Shown in pieces: positions 43,525 to 51,340 of a DNA stretch of 64,000 nucleotides. Made by a program: the position numbers and the translations under genes. Source of the DNA: Prolixibacteraceae bacterium (lineage in GTDB: Bacteria > Bacteroidota > Bacteroidia > Bacteroidales > Prolixibacteraceae); the NCBI GenBank assembly GCA_016649735.1, contig JAENXA010000001.1, forward strand, positions 2,664 to 66,663. The letters run 5' to 3'. How positions within the stretch are numbered: the stretch's first letter is position 1; every line of letters starts with the position of its first letter. Below the pieces are notes generated by a model. It had not been told where the DNA came from. It did not search any database and saw nothing but the letters and a program-made list of their open reading frames with translations.

Positions 43525-43827
43525 CTATCCTTTTATTGCGTTCTGTCCATTGAGTGTGTTGAAATACCGTACGGGTTGCCCTTCTTTTGCGTATTTACGC
43601 CCTGCAAGCTCATAGGTGACAATACACCATTCCCCTACTTTTAAGTCGTTCAGTTGCGTCCCTCTGTCGTTTTTAAACTCAAAATTTACCTGATTCGAGT
43701 ACTGTCCGGTGAAAACTTCCATGATAAGACTTCTCTTTGTAAGTTTCTCTGAGATGTATTCCGGTGGAAGTATTTCTAAGATACGTCCTGCAATTTGAAA
43801 TGAATTTTGTTGTACTTGATTTCCCAT
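43525..43827 (-). CDS. DUF3127-like OB-fold protein (putative ssDNA-binding)
   Basis: 100 aa. The pattern ...GRILEILPPE...LIMEVFTGQYSNQVNFEFKNDR...LKVGEWCIVTYELAGRKY...YFNTL resembles the DUF3127 family seen in Bacteroidota. Confidence 0.45.
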   Translation of the reverse strand: MGNQVQQNSFQIAGRILEILPPEYISEKLTKRSLIMEVFTGQYSNQVNFEFKNDRGTQLNDLKVGEWCIVTYELAGRKYAKEGQPVRYFNTLNGQNAIKG

Positions 43828-43831
43828 AACT

Positions 43832-44593
43832 TTAAAATTTATTAAGTGGATGATTTGTTTTATGTGTGATTATAAAATTATTATATGCCTGTGCTGCCTG
43901 TTCAGGAAATTCAAAATACCCTAAATAGTAGAATTTTCCATTAAACCCTATTTGCGACATCCATTTTTTTGCATCCTTTTTCCGTTTATGATAAAATACT
44001 CCACGAAATCCTGAAGTATTATTATTTTGGATCAATCGGGTATTTTGATTATTTATGGAATGGGTGGTAAATTCACAATTCTCTGGATTATACCCCTTAT
44101 CATTATCCCTCCTGTTTAGTTCGTATTTTTGCCCCTCTGTATATCCTTCTTTTTTTGCCCATTCATAAAAATTAATGAAATCCTCATTCCATTCCTTGCA
44201 AACAGAAATTCCTCTACTTCCATAGTCTTTATAAGATGGCGAATTTGGATTAAAACATCTACCTTTCATCATAGACCACCTTTTATAAAGTGGATGTCTC
44301 CACATTCTATGTTTGGGTGTGCCAAAAGAAGAACACCGACAGGCTTTTGTATGTCCATGTTTAATAGCATATATACTTGCCCTGAATGGCTGCTTGCATA
44401 GGGGGCATTCAAATATTCCTAAATGTTTTTTGACCTTACTTTTTTCACAAGGATATTGTAATCCTAAATCTTCAATCATTTTCATGGTAGTAGATAATGG
44501 AACATCCCCGGCTGCTTTATCCATCAGTATCCGAGAATAGACCTCGAAAGGTGATGAAACCGGGGATGTAATATTTTTAACTAAAATTTCCAT
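43832..44593 (-). CDS. homing-endonuclease-like protein with AP2 domain (paralog of 40975-41787)
   Basis: The track start is TTG, so ATG 44591-44593 is used. CPLCKQ...CRC, then PLYKRWSMMKGRCFNPNSPSYKDYGSRGISVCKEW...LNRRDNDKGYNPENCEFTT. The AP2 segment is FRGVFYHKRKKDAKKWMSQIGFNGKFYYLGYFEFPEQAAQAYN. Confidence 0.6.
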   Translation of the reverse strand: MEILVKNITSPVSSPFEVYSRILMDKAAGDVPLSTTMKMIEDLGLQYPCEKSKVKKHLGIFECPLCKQPFRASIYAIKHGHTKACRCSSFGTPKHRMWRHPLYKRWSMMKGRCFNPNSPSYKDYGSRGISVCKEWNEDFINFYEWAKKEGYTEGQKYELNRRDNDKGYNPENCEFTTHSINNQNTRLIQNNNTSGFRGVFYHKRKKDAKKWMSQIGFNGKFYYLGYFEFPEQAAQAYNNFIITHKTNHPLNKF

Positions 44594-44648
44594 TATAGAT
44601 ACTGTGAATAAAGCGTAACAAAGATATGAAATAAAATTGATATGCAAG

Positions 44649-45662
44649 TTATTTACGTAATAGTTCGATCGCTAATGAAATGTGCGCCTCTGCATTTTTT
44701 AGAACATCTTTCCCTGGAACTGATTTCATTATCGGTCTGGATAAGTTTTCAAGGGAGGTTGCAAAATTGAATAGTTTTTCTTCGTCTGATATTTCGCTGA
44801 TTTCAGGGCGTGTTATCTCTCCTATATTCCTTCCTGTCGCATTACTGAATGCTACTGCTCCCGAAAAACTGGACGCAATATGTGTTTCTGTTGGTTTCGG
44901 AGGGATAACTGCATTCTGAAACACCTCAACAATCTTTGGCCATCCTTCGTCAATGCAGTCCTTAATGGTCTGTGCTGTCACCGATGCGCTACCTTTGCGA
45001 TAAACCTTACCAAGTCCATCTGAATAAAGTACTGCTCCTGTGGCAATAAGTTCATTCTCCCTGGCAATAGTTCTCTCCAAGAGTTTCTTTGCATTGGCAT
45101 CATCAATGATTTTCTGCTGTGCTGCGAGTTTTTTCCCCTGTGCAGTGACTATAATCTGATTCCATTTATCATCAGTAAATGCCATTATGATTTCATCATC
45201 CAATGGGTCGGTCTTTTCAAGATCATCCATTGCGGTAAGGATAAACATATCATCCGCAATTAAACCCCCGATGCCAACTACCTGAGTCTTTCTTCCCGGT
45301 AGCTTCAAAAGCCTCTCTGCCCTGATCTTTTGCGCTTCAATGATTGCATCAATAGCTTCCTCTTGTGTTTTAAGGTGTTGTTCCACCTCCGAAATTTTAG
45401 CCACAACTTCTTTCTCTTTGGCTATCCATGCTTTCTGTTCTTTATTGGCATCTTCCCTTCCAGCTTTACAAATCTTCTCTGCAAGCACTCTGTGATCCCT
45501 GCAATCTATTCTTGCATCATGCACCTTTTTGTATCCCTCCTTATCATCAATGCCGTTGATTTTAAGAGGTAGGTAATCTTTCTTTAGCTTTGCAATAACA
45601 GCCTCGGTGACGTTCTGTTTTGCCAATTCTGTTGTGATAATGTTTTCTGCTGTCTCTTTCAT
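44649..45662 (-). CDS. hypothetical coiled-coil protein (DUF1351-like by eye)
   Basis: 337-aa ATG ORF. Weak resemblance only. Confidence 0.4.
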   Translation of the reverse strand: MKETAENIITTELAKQNVTEAVIAKLKKDYLPLKINGIDDKEGYKKVHDARIDCRDHRVLAEKICKAGREDANKEQKAWIAKEKEVVAKISEVEQHLKTQEEAIDAIIEAQKIRAERLLKLPGRKTQVVGIGGLIADDMFILTAMDDLEKTDPLDDEIIMAFTDDKWNQIIVTAQGKKLAAQQKIIDDANAKKLLERTIARENELIATGAVLYSDGLGKVYRKGSASVTAQTIKDCIDEGWPKIVEVFQNAVIPPKPTETHIASSFSGAVAFSNATGRNIGEITRPEISEISDEEKLFNFATSLENLSRPIMKSVPGKDVLKNAEAHISLAIELLRK

Positions 45663-45671
45663 GTCTGTTTA

Positions 45672-45812
45672 TTATAAATTAATTACTTCCACTATGGAAG
45701 CAAATCTATTTTCTCTGTTAAATTCATTCATCGCTTCCCATATTGAAAAGGAAGTAACATCTTTATATTTGCGTTCATTATTTAAATTATAGATAATTCT
45801 ATATTTGTTCAT
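45672..45812 (-). CDS. possible 46-aa protein
   Basis: Below the track cutoff: MNKYRIIYNLNNERKYKDVTSFSIWEAMNEFNRENRFASIVEVINL. It fills an inter-gene gap. Confidence 0.35.
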   Translation of the reverse strand: MNKYRIIYNLNNERKYKDVTSFSIWEAMNEFNRENRFASIVEVINL

Positions 45813-45825
45813 GGTATTTTCCTTT

Positions 45826-46344
45826 TTAATTTAAGTCAATTTGCTTTCCTTTATTCCACGCCTTGTTGTCGCCTTCTCTTTTGGCAATAATCTTTGATGA
45901 ATCAATTTTAGGGAATTTCCAATCATCGTGTTCGTGTTCAAATACGTTCCCTAAATCTCTCTTATCAACTAAGTCACCACACTTTGCACAGACAAAGAAA
46001 TGTTCTCTATTTTTGTCGAAATCAGATAGCCATTTAGCTGCTTTTGAATTGGGAAAATGGAATATTATTGCATCATACATCTTACAAAGTGCATCCTCTA
46101 AATCCATTTCTTTCCCTCTGGCAATCCAATCTTTCTGCGATAAATCTTTTTCAATTTCCTGTTTAAATTTAGCAGATGCAGTAATCTCAATGCTTTGTTT
46201 TTTACCTTCTTTCATATCGTCATTCCAAATACGAGGAAATTTATTATCTTGAATCGACCAAGTAAAACCACCATCCCATATCCATTCTATGCGACAATTA
46301 ATTTCGCTTTCGTAAATCTTTTTGAAAATTGTCTTGAATAACAT
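45826..46344 (-). CDS. hypothetical protein
   Basis: 172-aa ATG ORF. Confidence 0.45.
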   Translation of the reverse strand: MLFKTIFKKIYESEINCRIEWIWDGGFTWSIQDNKFPRIWNDDMKEGKKQSIEITASAKFKQEIEKDLSQKDWIARGKEMDLEDALCKMYDAIIFHFPNSKAAKWLSDFDKNREHFFVCAKCGDLVDKRDLGNVFEHEHDDWKFPKIDSSKIIAKREGDNKAWNKGKQIDLN

Positions 46345-46354
46345 GTCTTTTTAG

Positions 46355-46771
46355 TTATAAAGTTTGTATTAATATGTATGTCCGTGGTGACTCTGAATAA
46401 AGTTTCTCTGAGAATAACCTGCATATCTGGCAGTCATCTTTGTAGAATATATGATTCATAGAATCTGTTGCAAATTTTACGCAGTTATCTAAATCTTTGC
46501 GTGAGGTATGAAACTCCGGTGCTGCATCTTTTAGCAAGGAACTCTTTGCGCCACTGCCATAATGATTCTTTGGTCTGCCAAAATAGAATATGATAACTAC
46601 GCTTATGGGCCCATCTAATGGCTCCTTTGGTGCCCTGTCCTGTATCACAGACAGAAAGTCATTTTTCTTATCTTTTGAAGGATCATAGGTGCCTTTAAAA
46701 TTACCCTTACTAAAACTCCGGTGTCTCATCTGAGCACTCGGTTCTCCAAGTATTGTCAATGCTATTTCCAT
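46355..46771 (-). CDS. rusA: RusA-family Holliday junction resolvase
   Basis: ILGEPSAQMRHR...FYFGRPKNH...RKDLDNCVKFATDSMNHIFYKDDCQI matches the RusA pattern (.PD.DN..K...D.L......DD.qi). Confidence 0.65.
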   Translation of the reverse strand: MEIALTILGEPSAQMRHRSFSKGNFKGTYDPSKDKKNDFLSVIQDRAPKEPLDGPISVVIIFYFGRPKNHYGSGAKSSLLKDAAPEFHTSRKDLDNCVKFATDSMNHIFYKDDCQICRLFSEKLYSESPRTYILIQTL

Positions 46772-47061
46772 TATTCCTTAATTTCTGTTTCCCAATACTC
46801 ATAAATATCTTCCATCGATAGAATCCCTGGCTTTTCAGCATCATTTATTTCAAAACCATAATCTTCCATCGAATTATAATGTTGCTTAACATCGCATCCA
46901 AATACAAGCCATTCTATAAATTCTTTCGGATACACTTTCTCCTCGGTAAATCCCATTGATGGCTGTTCTGGATGATCATGCCAGATTAACGGATGAACTC
47001 CTACATAACTAACTGGCTCCGGAGAACTAATTTCTACTGCTCTGTAATATTGTCCTATCAT
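46771..47061 (-). CDS. hypothetical protein
   Basis: 96-aa ATG ORF. Confidence 0.45.
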   Translation of the reverse strand: MIGQYYRAVEISSPEPVSYVGVHPLIWHDHPEQPSMGFTEEKVYPKEFIEWLVFGCDVKQHYNSMEDYGFEINDAEKPGILSMEDIYEYWETEIKE

Positions 47062-47064
47062 AGT

Positions 47065-47289
47065 CTATTTTTTAAGTTCAGTTCCTAAAATTCTTATCTG
47101 TGAAGGATCGAACATCTCCAGCTGTCCGGTCTTGTAATTCTGACATATAGCCACGGTGTAATTTACTGCCACGTTATTAATGATTGCATACTTTAATCCA
47201 AAATGAAGTAAGAAGTATTTCTCCTTTACCATTATAGGTTCTTCCTCCGTGTCCTCCTTTTGCCAACTTACTTCTACCAAATCCCTCAT
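47065..47289 (-). CDS. hypothetical protein
   Basis: 74-aa ATG ORF. Confidence 0.45.
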   Translation of the reverse strand: MRDLVEVSWQKEDTEEEPIMVKEKYFLLHFGLKYAIINNVAVNYTVAICQNYKTGQLEMFDPSQIRILGTELKK

Positions 47290-47567
47290 TTCACAATGAT
47301 TTTATATTCCATCTGCGGGTCCTCTGCGAGCCTCTTTAACTGCTGATACAAGGCATTGCTGATGACCTTATCCTTTAACATGCCATGGAGAAACTGTGTG
47401 CCAGGTAACGGCTTTGATACCGATGTGTCTTTAAACTCATTCAGAGTCCTTGCACGCTTGATAAACAGGTCAATGAGTATCTTCCACTCATGATTCATAC
47501 TTACCATTAACTTATTCTTACTGATGTTGATCGTCTCCATTGTCTGTGTATCTGAAATAATGTCCAT
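47286..47567 (-). CDS. hypothetical protein
   Basis: 93-aa ATG ORF. It overlaps the upstream gene by 50 nt, so a later start (ATG 47540 or 47507) is possible. Confidence 0.4.
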   Translation of the reverse strand: MDIISDTQTMETINISKNKLMVSMNHEWKILIDLFIKRARTLNEFKDTSVSKPLPGTQFLHGMLKDKVISNALYQQLKRLAEDPQMEYKIIVK

Positions 47568-47868
47568 TTCTCATTCTTTTAAACTTACCAGAAAGGGTGT
47601 TGTAAATTGTCTTCCTTGGTATCTCCAACTCATTCTCTGCCTCGGTGATTGATTTGAACGTCCCTAAATTTTCGTCATTCCGTCCAAAGTAATCAACCCT
47701 CTTACACGTTCCCTGCCTGTTCTTCTTATCTATTCCTCTCTGGTATTCAAGTCCTGCCGCCCATACCTCTGCAAGTATCCGCTCCGTCTGCTCACTGCTC
47801 TTCTCTTCAATGATGTTCCTGAATTTTAAGTCACGCAAAGCATTATTTACAGTGGTGTCCTGATCCAT
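47518..47868 (-). CDS. small HTH (NUMOD1-like) DNA-binding protein
   Basis: The track start is TTG, so ATG 47866-47868 is used. FKSITEAENELEIPRKTIYNTLSGK is NUMOD1/HTH-like. Confidence 0.45.
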   Translation of the reverse strand: MDQDTTVNNALRDLKFRNIIEEKSSEQTERILAEVWAAGLEYQRGIDKKNRQGTCKRVDYFGRNDENLGTFKSITEAENELEIPRKTIYNTLSGKFKRMRNGHYFRYTDNGDDQHQ

Positions 47869-47875
47869 TTTGTTA

Positions 47876-48178
47876 TTAGTCAAATAAGATATTGGCAGCA
47901 ACCCACCCCATTAAAAATGAAAACAACCACCAATATCCAATAAATGTTGGACAATATAGAGATACAAGGACTGATCCACCTATTAGCACTGTTAAAAGTA
48001 CAAGTATCACGCTTGACACAAAAAGTATTTTTTTGATTATTTTTAAAACTTTCGTTCTTAATGGAATTTTTTCAATTCTATCCATTGAATAGCATGGTTC
48101 TATCAAAAAAGAGGATTGTGGATGGCTTACCCCGATTCTCTCATAACGCAACTTGTGTTCTTTATACATATCTTCCAT
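47876..48178 (-). CDS. two-pass membrane protein
   Basis: 100 aa. VSSVILVLLTVLIGGSVLVSLY and WWLFSFLMGWVAANILF. Confidence 0.45.
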   Translation of the reverse strand: MEDMYKEHKLRYERIGVSHPQSSFLIEPCYSMDRIEKIPLRTKVLKIIKKILFVSSVILVLLTVLIGGSVLVSLYCPTFIGYWWLFSFLMGWVAANILFD

Positions 48179-48188
48179 TTGCTTTAAT

Positions 48189-49292
48189 TTAATAACATTC
48201 TAAGTTCAGTTTCTTAAACTCTGCCATGAGTTGATCATCGGTAGGTTTCTCTTTGATCCTATTATTGAAAGTTCTATTCTTGGCTCCCTTGCGTTCGCTC
48301 CATGTAACATTTCCTAATCTGCCAAAGTCGATCATCTCAGCTCCGGCAAGCGTAAGTTCTTTTATGAGTACGTTTTTCAATCCACTTCTCTCGTCATCAA
48401 TAAGACTCGATATGCCGTTAAGAACCTTATCGTGCTTACAAATGTCGTAAAGCCTCATCGTACCCTCAACGCTATCTCTTTCTTTAAGGAACTTTTCACT
48501 TTGAAATTCCCTGTAGGCTTCCGTGGTGTCGGGCTCAGGTTCATGTTCTTGAATGATTGCTTCAAATGCCTCAACCTGCCCTATGTTGCCCACTTTCTCT
48601 GCTTCCTGTTTTTTGGCAAATGCCGCTTTTCCTGGGAGTACGAGTTTTTTCCAAAATGCCTCAGTTATGTTTATGATTTTCTCGCAAAGAGATTCATCAC
48701 GCTGATATTTCTCAACAATAAATTCCGAGCCATCCTTTAGTATTGCTATTTCTGCGTAATCACATTCGAGAATTATCATGTACACATGAATTTGAATGAG
48801 GTAGCTCACAGGGATTCCTCCCTCCCACATCTGGCTTGACCAAAAACTAAGGGTTTTAATTTCAAGAACCGCTTCGGTCTTTAATGGCTCCCCTGTGATC
48901 AGATTAACGCCCCCTTTAATATTCTGAACTCGGTCAAAAGAACCAAACAGCCATGGGTATTTGGGATTAACTACAAATCCATTAACTGCCCGACAATCTC
49001 TGATGATCTTTTTGTTCTTATAATTTTCTATCCATCCATCCGATGTCCCATCGTAGTATTTCCAGAGTTCTGCGATATTATCCTCCATATATCGCCCAAA
49101 AAACATCTTAGCATTATCAAATTGCATGGGTTCAATAGCCCCTATCTTCTCATAATACGTCCGTGTTACAGTATTGTATTTGTTAAGCCCAAGCACTGTC
49201 GCAGCCTCTGAACCGCCAATGCCTGACTTACGATACTCGTGCCATTCCTTGGTATGAACCGGTATTCTTGTTATTGTTAGATCACTTCTCAT
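48189..49292 (-). CDS. YqaJ-type (lambda Exo-like PD-(D/E)XK) recombination exonuclease
   Basis: N-terminal HTKEWHEYRKSGIGGSEAATVLGLNKY is the YqaJ signature. ...LEIKT... is present. Sits in a module with RecT-like and RusA genes. Confidence 0.65.
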   Translation of the reverse strand: MRSDLTITRIPVHTKEWHEYRKSGIGGSEAATVLGLNKYNTVTRTYYEKIGAIEPMQFDNAKMFFGRYMEDNIAELWKYYDGTSDGWIENYKNKKIIRDCRAVNGFVVNPKYPWLFGSFDRVQNIKGGVNLITGEPLKTEAVLEIKTLSFWSSQMWEGGIPVSYLIQIHVYMIILECDYAEIAILKDGSEFIVEKYQRDESLCEKIINITEAFWKKLVLPGKAAFAKKQEAEKVGNIGQVEAFEAIIQEHEPEPDTTEAYREFQSEKFLKERDSVEGTMRLYDICKHDKVLNGISSLIDDERSGLKNVLIKELTLAGAEMIDFGRLGNVTWSERKGAKNRTFNNRIKEKPTDDQLMAEFKKLNLECY

Positions 49293-49540
49293 AGTTTAAG
49301 ATTATTATAATTCATACTGTTTGTATCCATTTCACTGCCAAGTCCACCATAAGGGTCTGAGTTTGACCTGTTAAAGTTGAGTCTTGCCTCGTCGGTAGTT
49401 TTTTGCAGAAAACTGATAACACAATCCAAGTCAACTTTAGCAACATCCTGCATATACTGAAGCATAAACTCTGTTGATTTATCATAGTCATCGCAATACT
49501 GCCATGCCTCAAATAGTTTTCTTTTTGTTTCTGCCTTCAT
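49289..49540 (-). CDS. hypothetical protein
   Basis: 83-aa ATG ORF. Confidence 0.45.
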   Translation of the reverse strand: MKAETKRKLFEAWQYCDDYDKSTEFMLQYMQDVAKVDLDCVISFLQKTTDEARLNFNRSNSDPYGGLGSEMDTNSMNYNNLKL

Positions 49541-49541
49541 C

Positions 49542-49970
49542 TTACTTTATATTAAGCCCTTGTGGCGGTTTCATTCCCGGAAGATTCAATGGCAGTAACT
49601 CCTTGAATATCTCACCGAATATTTCTACGAGCATGTCTGCCTGCATGGACATCATCTCCGTTTCCTGCTTTCCATCATTGCTGATGTCGCTGTACCATTT
49701 ATCATAGACCTTTGACATGGTGTTAACAAGCTGCTCGTGCTGATGGACAAGTACCATGCCCTGCTCATGGAACTCTTTATAAAACTTCAACCAATCCTTA
49801 AAGTTCTTCAACTTAGTCTCTGCTAAGGCAAATTGTCCCACTTCCCATTGATGTAATGGATCATCCATTATCTTCTGTGCATCATCCACTCTTTTTATCT
49901 GTGGGTCAAGTATCCTTAACTTGAATTGATCAAGTTCTTTTGCGAAGTTGTAATTGTTTACGTTACTCAT
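49542..49970 (-). CDS. hypothetical protein
   Basis: 142-aa ATG ORF. Confidence 0.45.
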   Translation of the reverse strand: MSNVNNYNFAKELDQFKLRILDPQIKRVDDAQKIMDDPLHQWEVGQFALAETKLKNFKDWLKFYKEFHEQGMVLVHQHEQLVNTMSKVYDKWYSDISNDGKQETEMMSMQADMLVEIFGEIFKELLPLNLPGMKPPQGLNIK

Positions 49971-50220
49971 TATAAAAGACTTTATGTTCGTTAGTCAAAA
50001 AATGATCTTCTCCATCAATAACAATCACGCTCGATGCCCTACGAGGGAATATCACGTGATCACCTGCTTTTATCCTGCTACATGCCTTTCCTGCCTGTAA
50101 CACTACCCCAATTTGCGGTAACATCTCTACAGAGTTTTCAGGGATGATTAGGTGTCCTGCCTCTGTTCTCTCAGGGAGTTTATCGGGCTTTATTAATATT
50201 GCTGTACCGAGTACTTCCAT
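49963..50220 (-). CDS. GroES/Cpn10-like co-chaperonin
   Basis: 85 aa. AILIKPDKLPERTEAGHLIIPENS...IGVVLQAGKA..IKAGDHVIFPRR follows the Cpn10 pattern. Confidence 0.6.
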   Translation of the reverse strand: MEVLGTAILIKPDKLPERTEAGHLIIPENSVEMLPQIGVVLQAGKACSRIKAGDHVIFPRRASSVIVIDGEDHFLTNEHKVFYNE

Positions 50221-50807
50221 TATTTCTTACCTTTCTTAACTTCTTTTACTTCGGCAGGACCGAACTCTCTGTTGATAAATTCTTCATTTGCGCCCATCTG
50301 TGACCATATCTCAGTCTTCTCCGACTCTGCAATCTCCCTTATAAGACAAAGCCTCAACGACCCATCAATATAGGTGTAGAAATAGAACCTGCCCTGATAT
50401 GGAATCCTATACGTGTACTTCTCATCCAGAATCATGTCTTTTAAACCCCTTTTAGCCTCTGCTGCAAGATTCTTGGCACGGTTAATAGTGAAGTCGTATG
50501 CCTCTTGTGAGTTCTTTAAAGTGGCCTCTGCGTTCACCAGAGCGAGTTCTGCTGCCGACAGTTCTTTCTCATACACTGGTACAAGGTTTTCAAGTACATC
50601 CTGGTAATCCTCTCTGCATGTTTTCTTTTCAAACGCATCCATATGGCGTGATACCGTCACTCCACGATTCAATGCTGTGAGATTTGAGCCAATGAATTTA
50701 CCTGCATCTTCAGGTGTTGCAAATTCGCCAAGGCTTTCGGGGATGTTCGTTCCGTCCTTACTGACATTAAATTCAATGTTGTCTGGTCTGTAGTCTTCTT
50801 TAATCAT
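50220..50807 (-). CDS. hypothetical protein
   Basis: 195-aa ATG ORF. Confidence 0.45.
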   Translation of the reverse strand: MIKEDYRPDNIEFNVSKDGTNIPESLGEFATPEDAGKFIGSNLTALNRGVTVSRHMDAFEKKTCREDYQDVLENLVPVYEKELSAAELALVNAEATLKNSQEAYDFTINRAKNLAAEAKRGLKDMILDEKYTYRIPYQGRFYFYTYIDGSLRLCLIREIAESEKTEIWSQMGANEEFINREFGPAEVKEVKKGKK

Positions 50808-50834
50808 GTCAAATAGTTTTTATGTTAATACTGA

Positions 50835-51092
50835 TTATTCTTCATAGTTTTGCAAAAAACGACATAAGTCGGTGTAGGTGTCGTGTCCTCTTAGTTTAAA
50901 TAAATTCCAATCTTCTATAAAAAGGACAGATTCGGCAGCTGTTCTTGGAAATTTCTTTCTTAAGGGTCGGGGGGATTCTTTTTCCAGCACATCTATTTTT
51001 ATAATTTTAGGATAAAATGATGGGGTGTCTTCAATCGTCAGAAGAACATCTGATCCGTCTGTTGCCTTTAAAATTACTTCTTTCATTTTCAT
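50835..51092 (-). CDS. hypothetical protein
   Basis: 85-aa ATG ORF. Confidence 0.45.
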   Translation of the reverse strand: MKMKEVILKATDGSDVLLTIEDTPSFYPKIIKIDVLEKESPRPLRKKFPRTAAESVLFIEDWNLFKLRGHDTYTDLCRFLQNYEE

Positions 51093-51097
51093 CTCGT

Positions 51098-51322
51098 TTA
51101 TTTTAATCCATTTCCCTTTATCAAATAATTATATGCCCTAACGATATGTTCGGGAATTTCTTTTTTCAAATCCATTGCTTCCTGAATAGTAAGAATAAGG
51201 ACATCAAGATGTATTACAATATCTTCACCCTTTGGCAAATACTTTGATTTTTCTACATCAGGAAGTTTCTGCCATTCTTCAAATGACATTGGTTGCGGAA
51301 TGTTCTTGTTTAATTTTGGCAT
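51098..51322 (-). CDS. hypothetical protein
   Basis: 74-aa ATG ORF. Confidence 0.45.
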   Translation of the reverse strand: MPKLNKNIPQPMSFEEWQKLPDVEKSKYLPKGEDIVIHLDVLILTIQEAMDLKKEIPEHIVRAYNYLIKGNGLK

Positions 51323-51340
51323 AGCGTTTATTTTTAAGTT

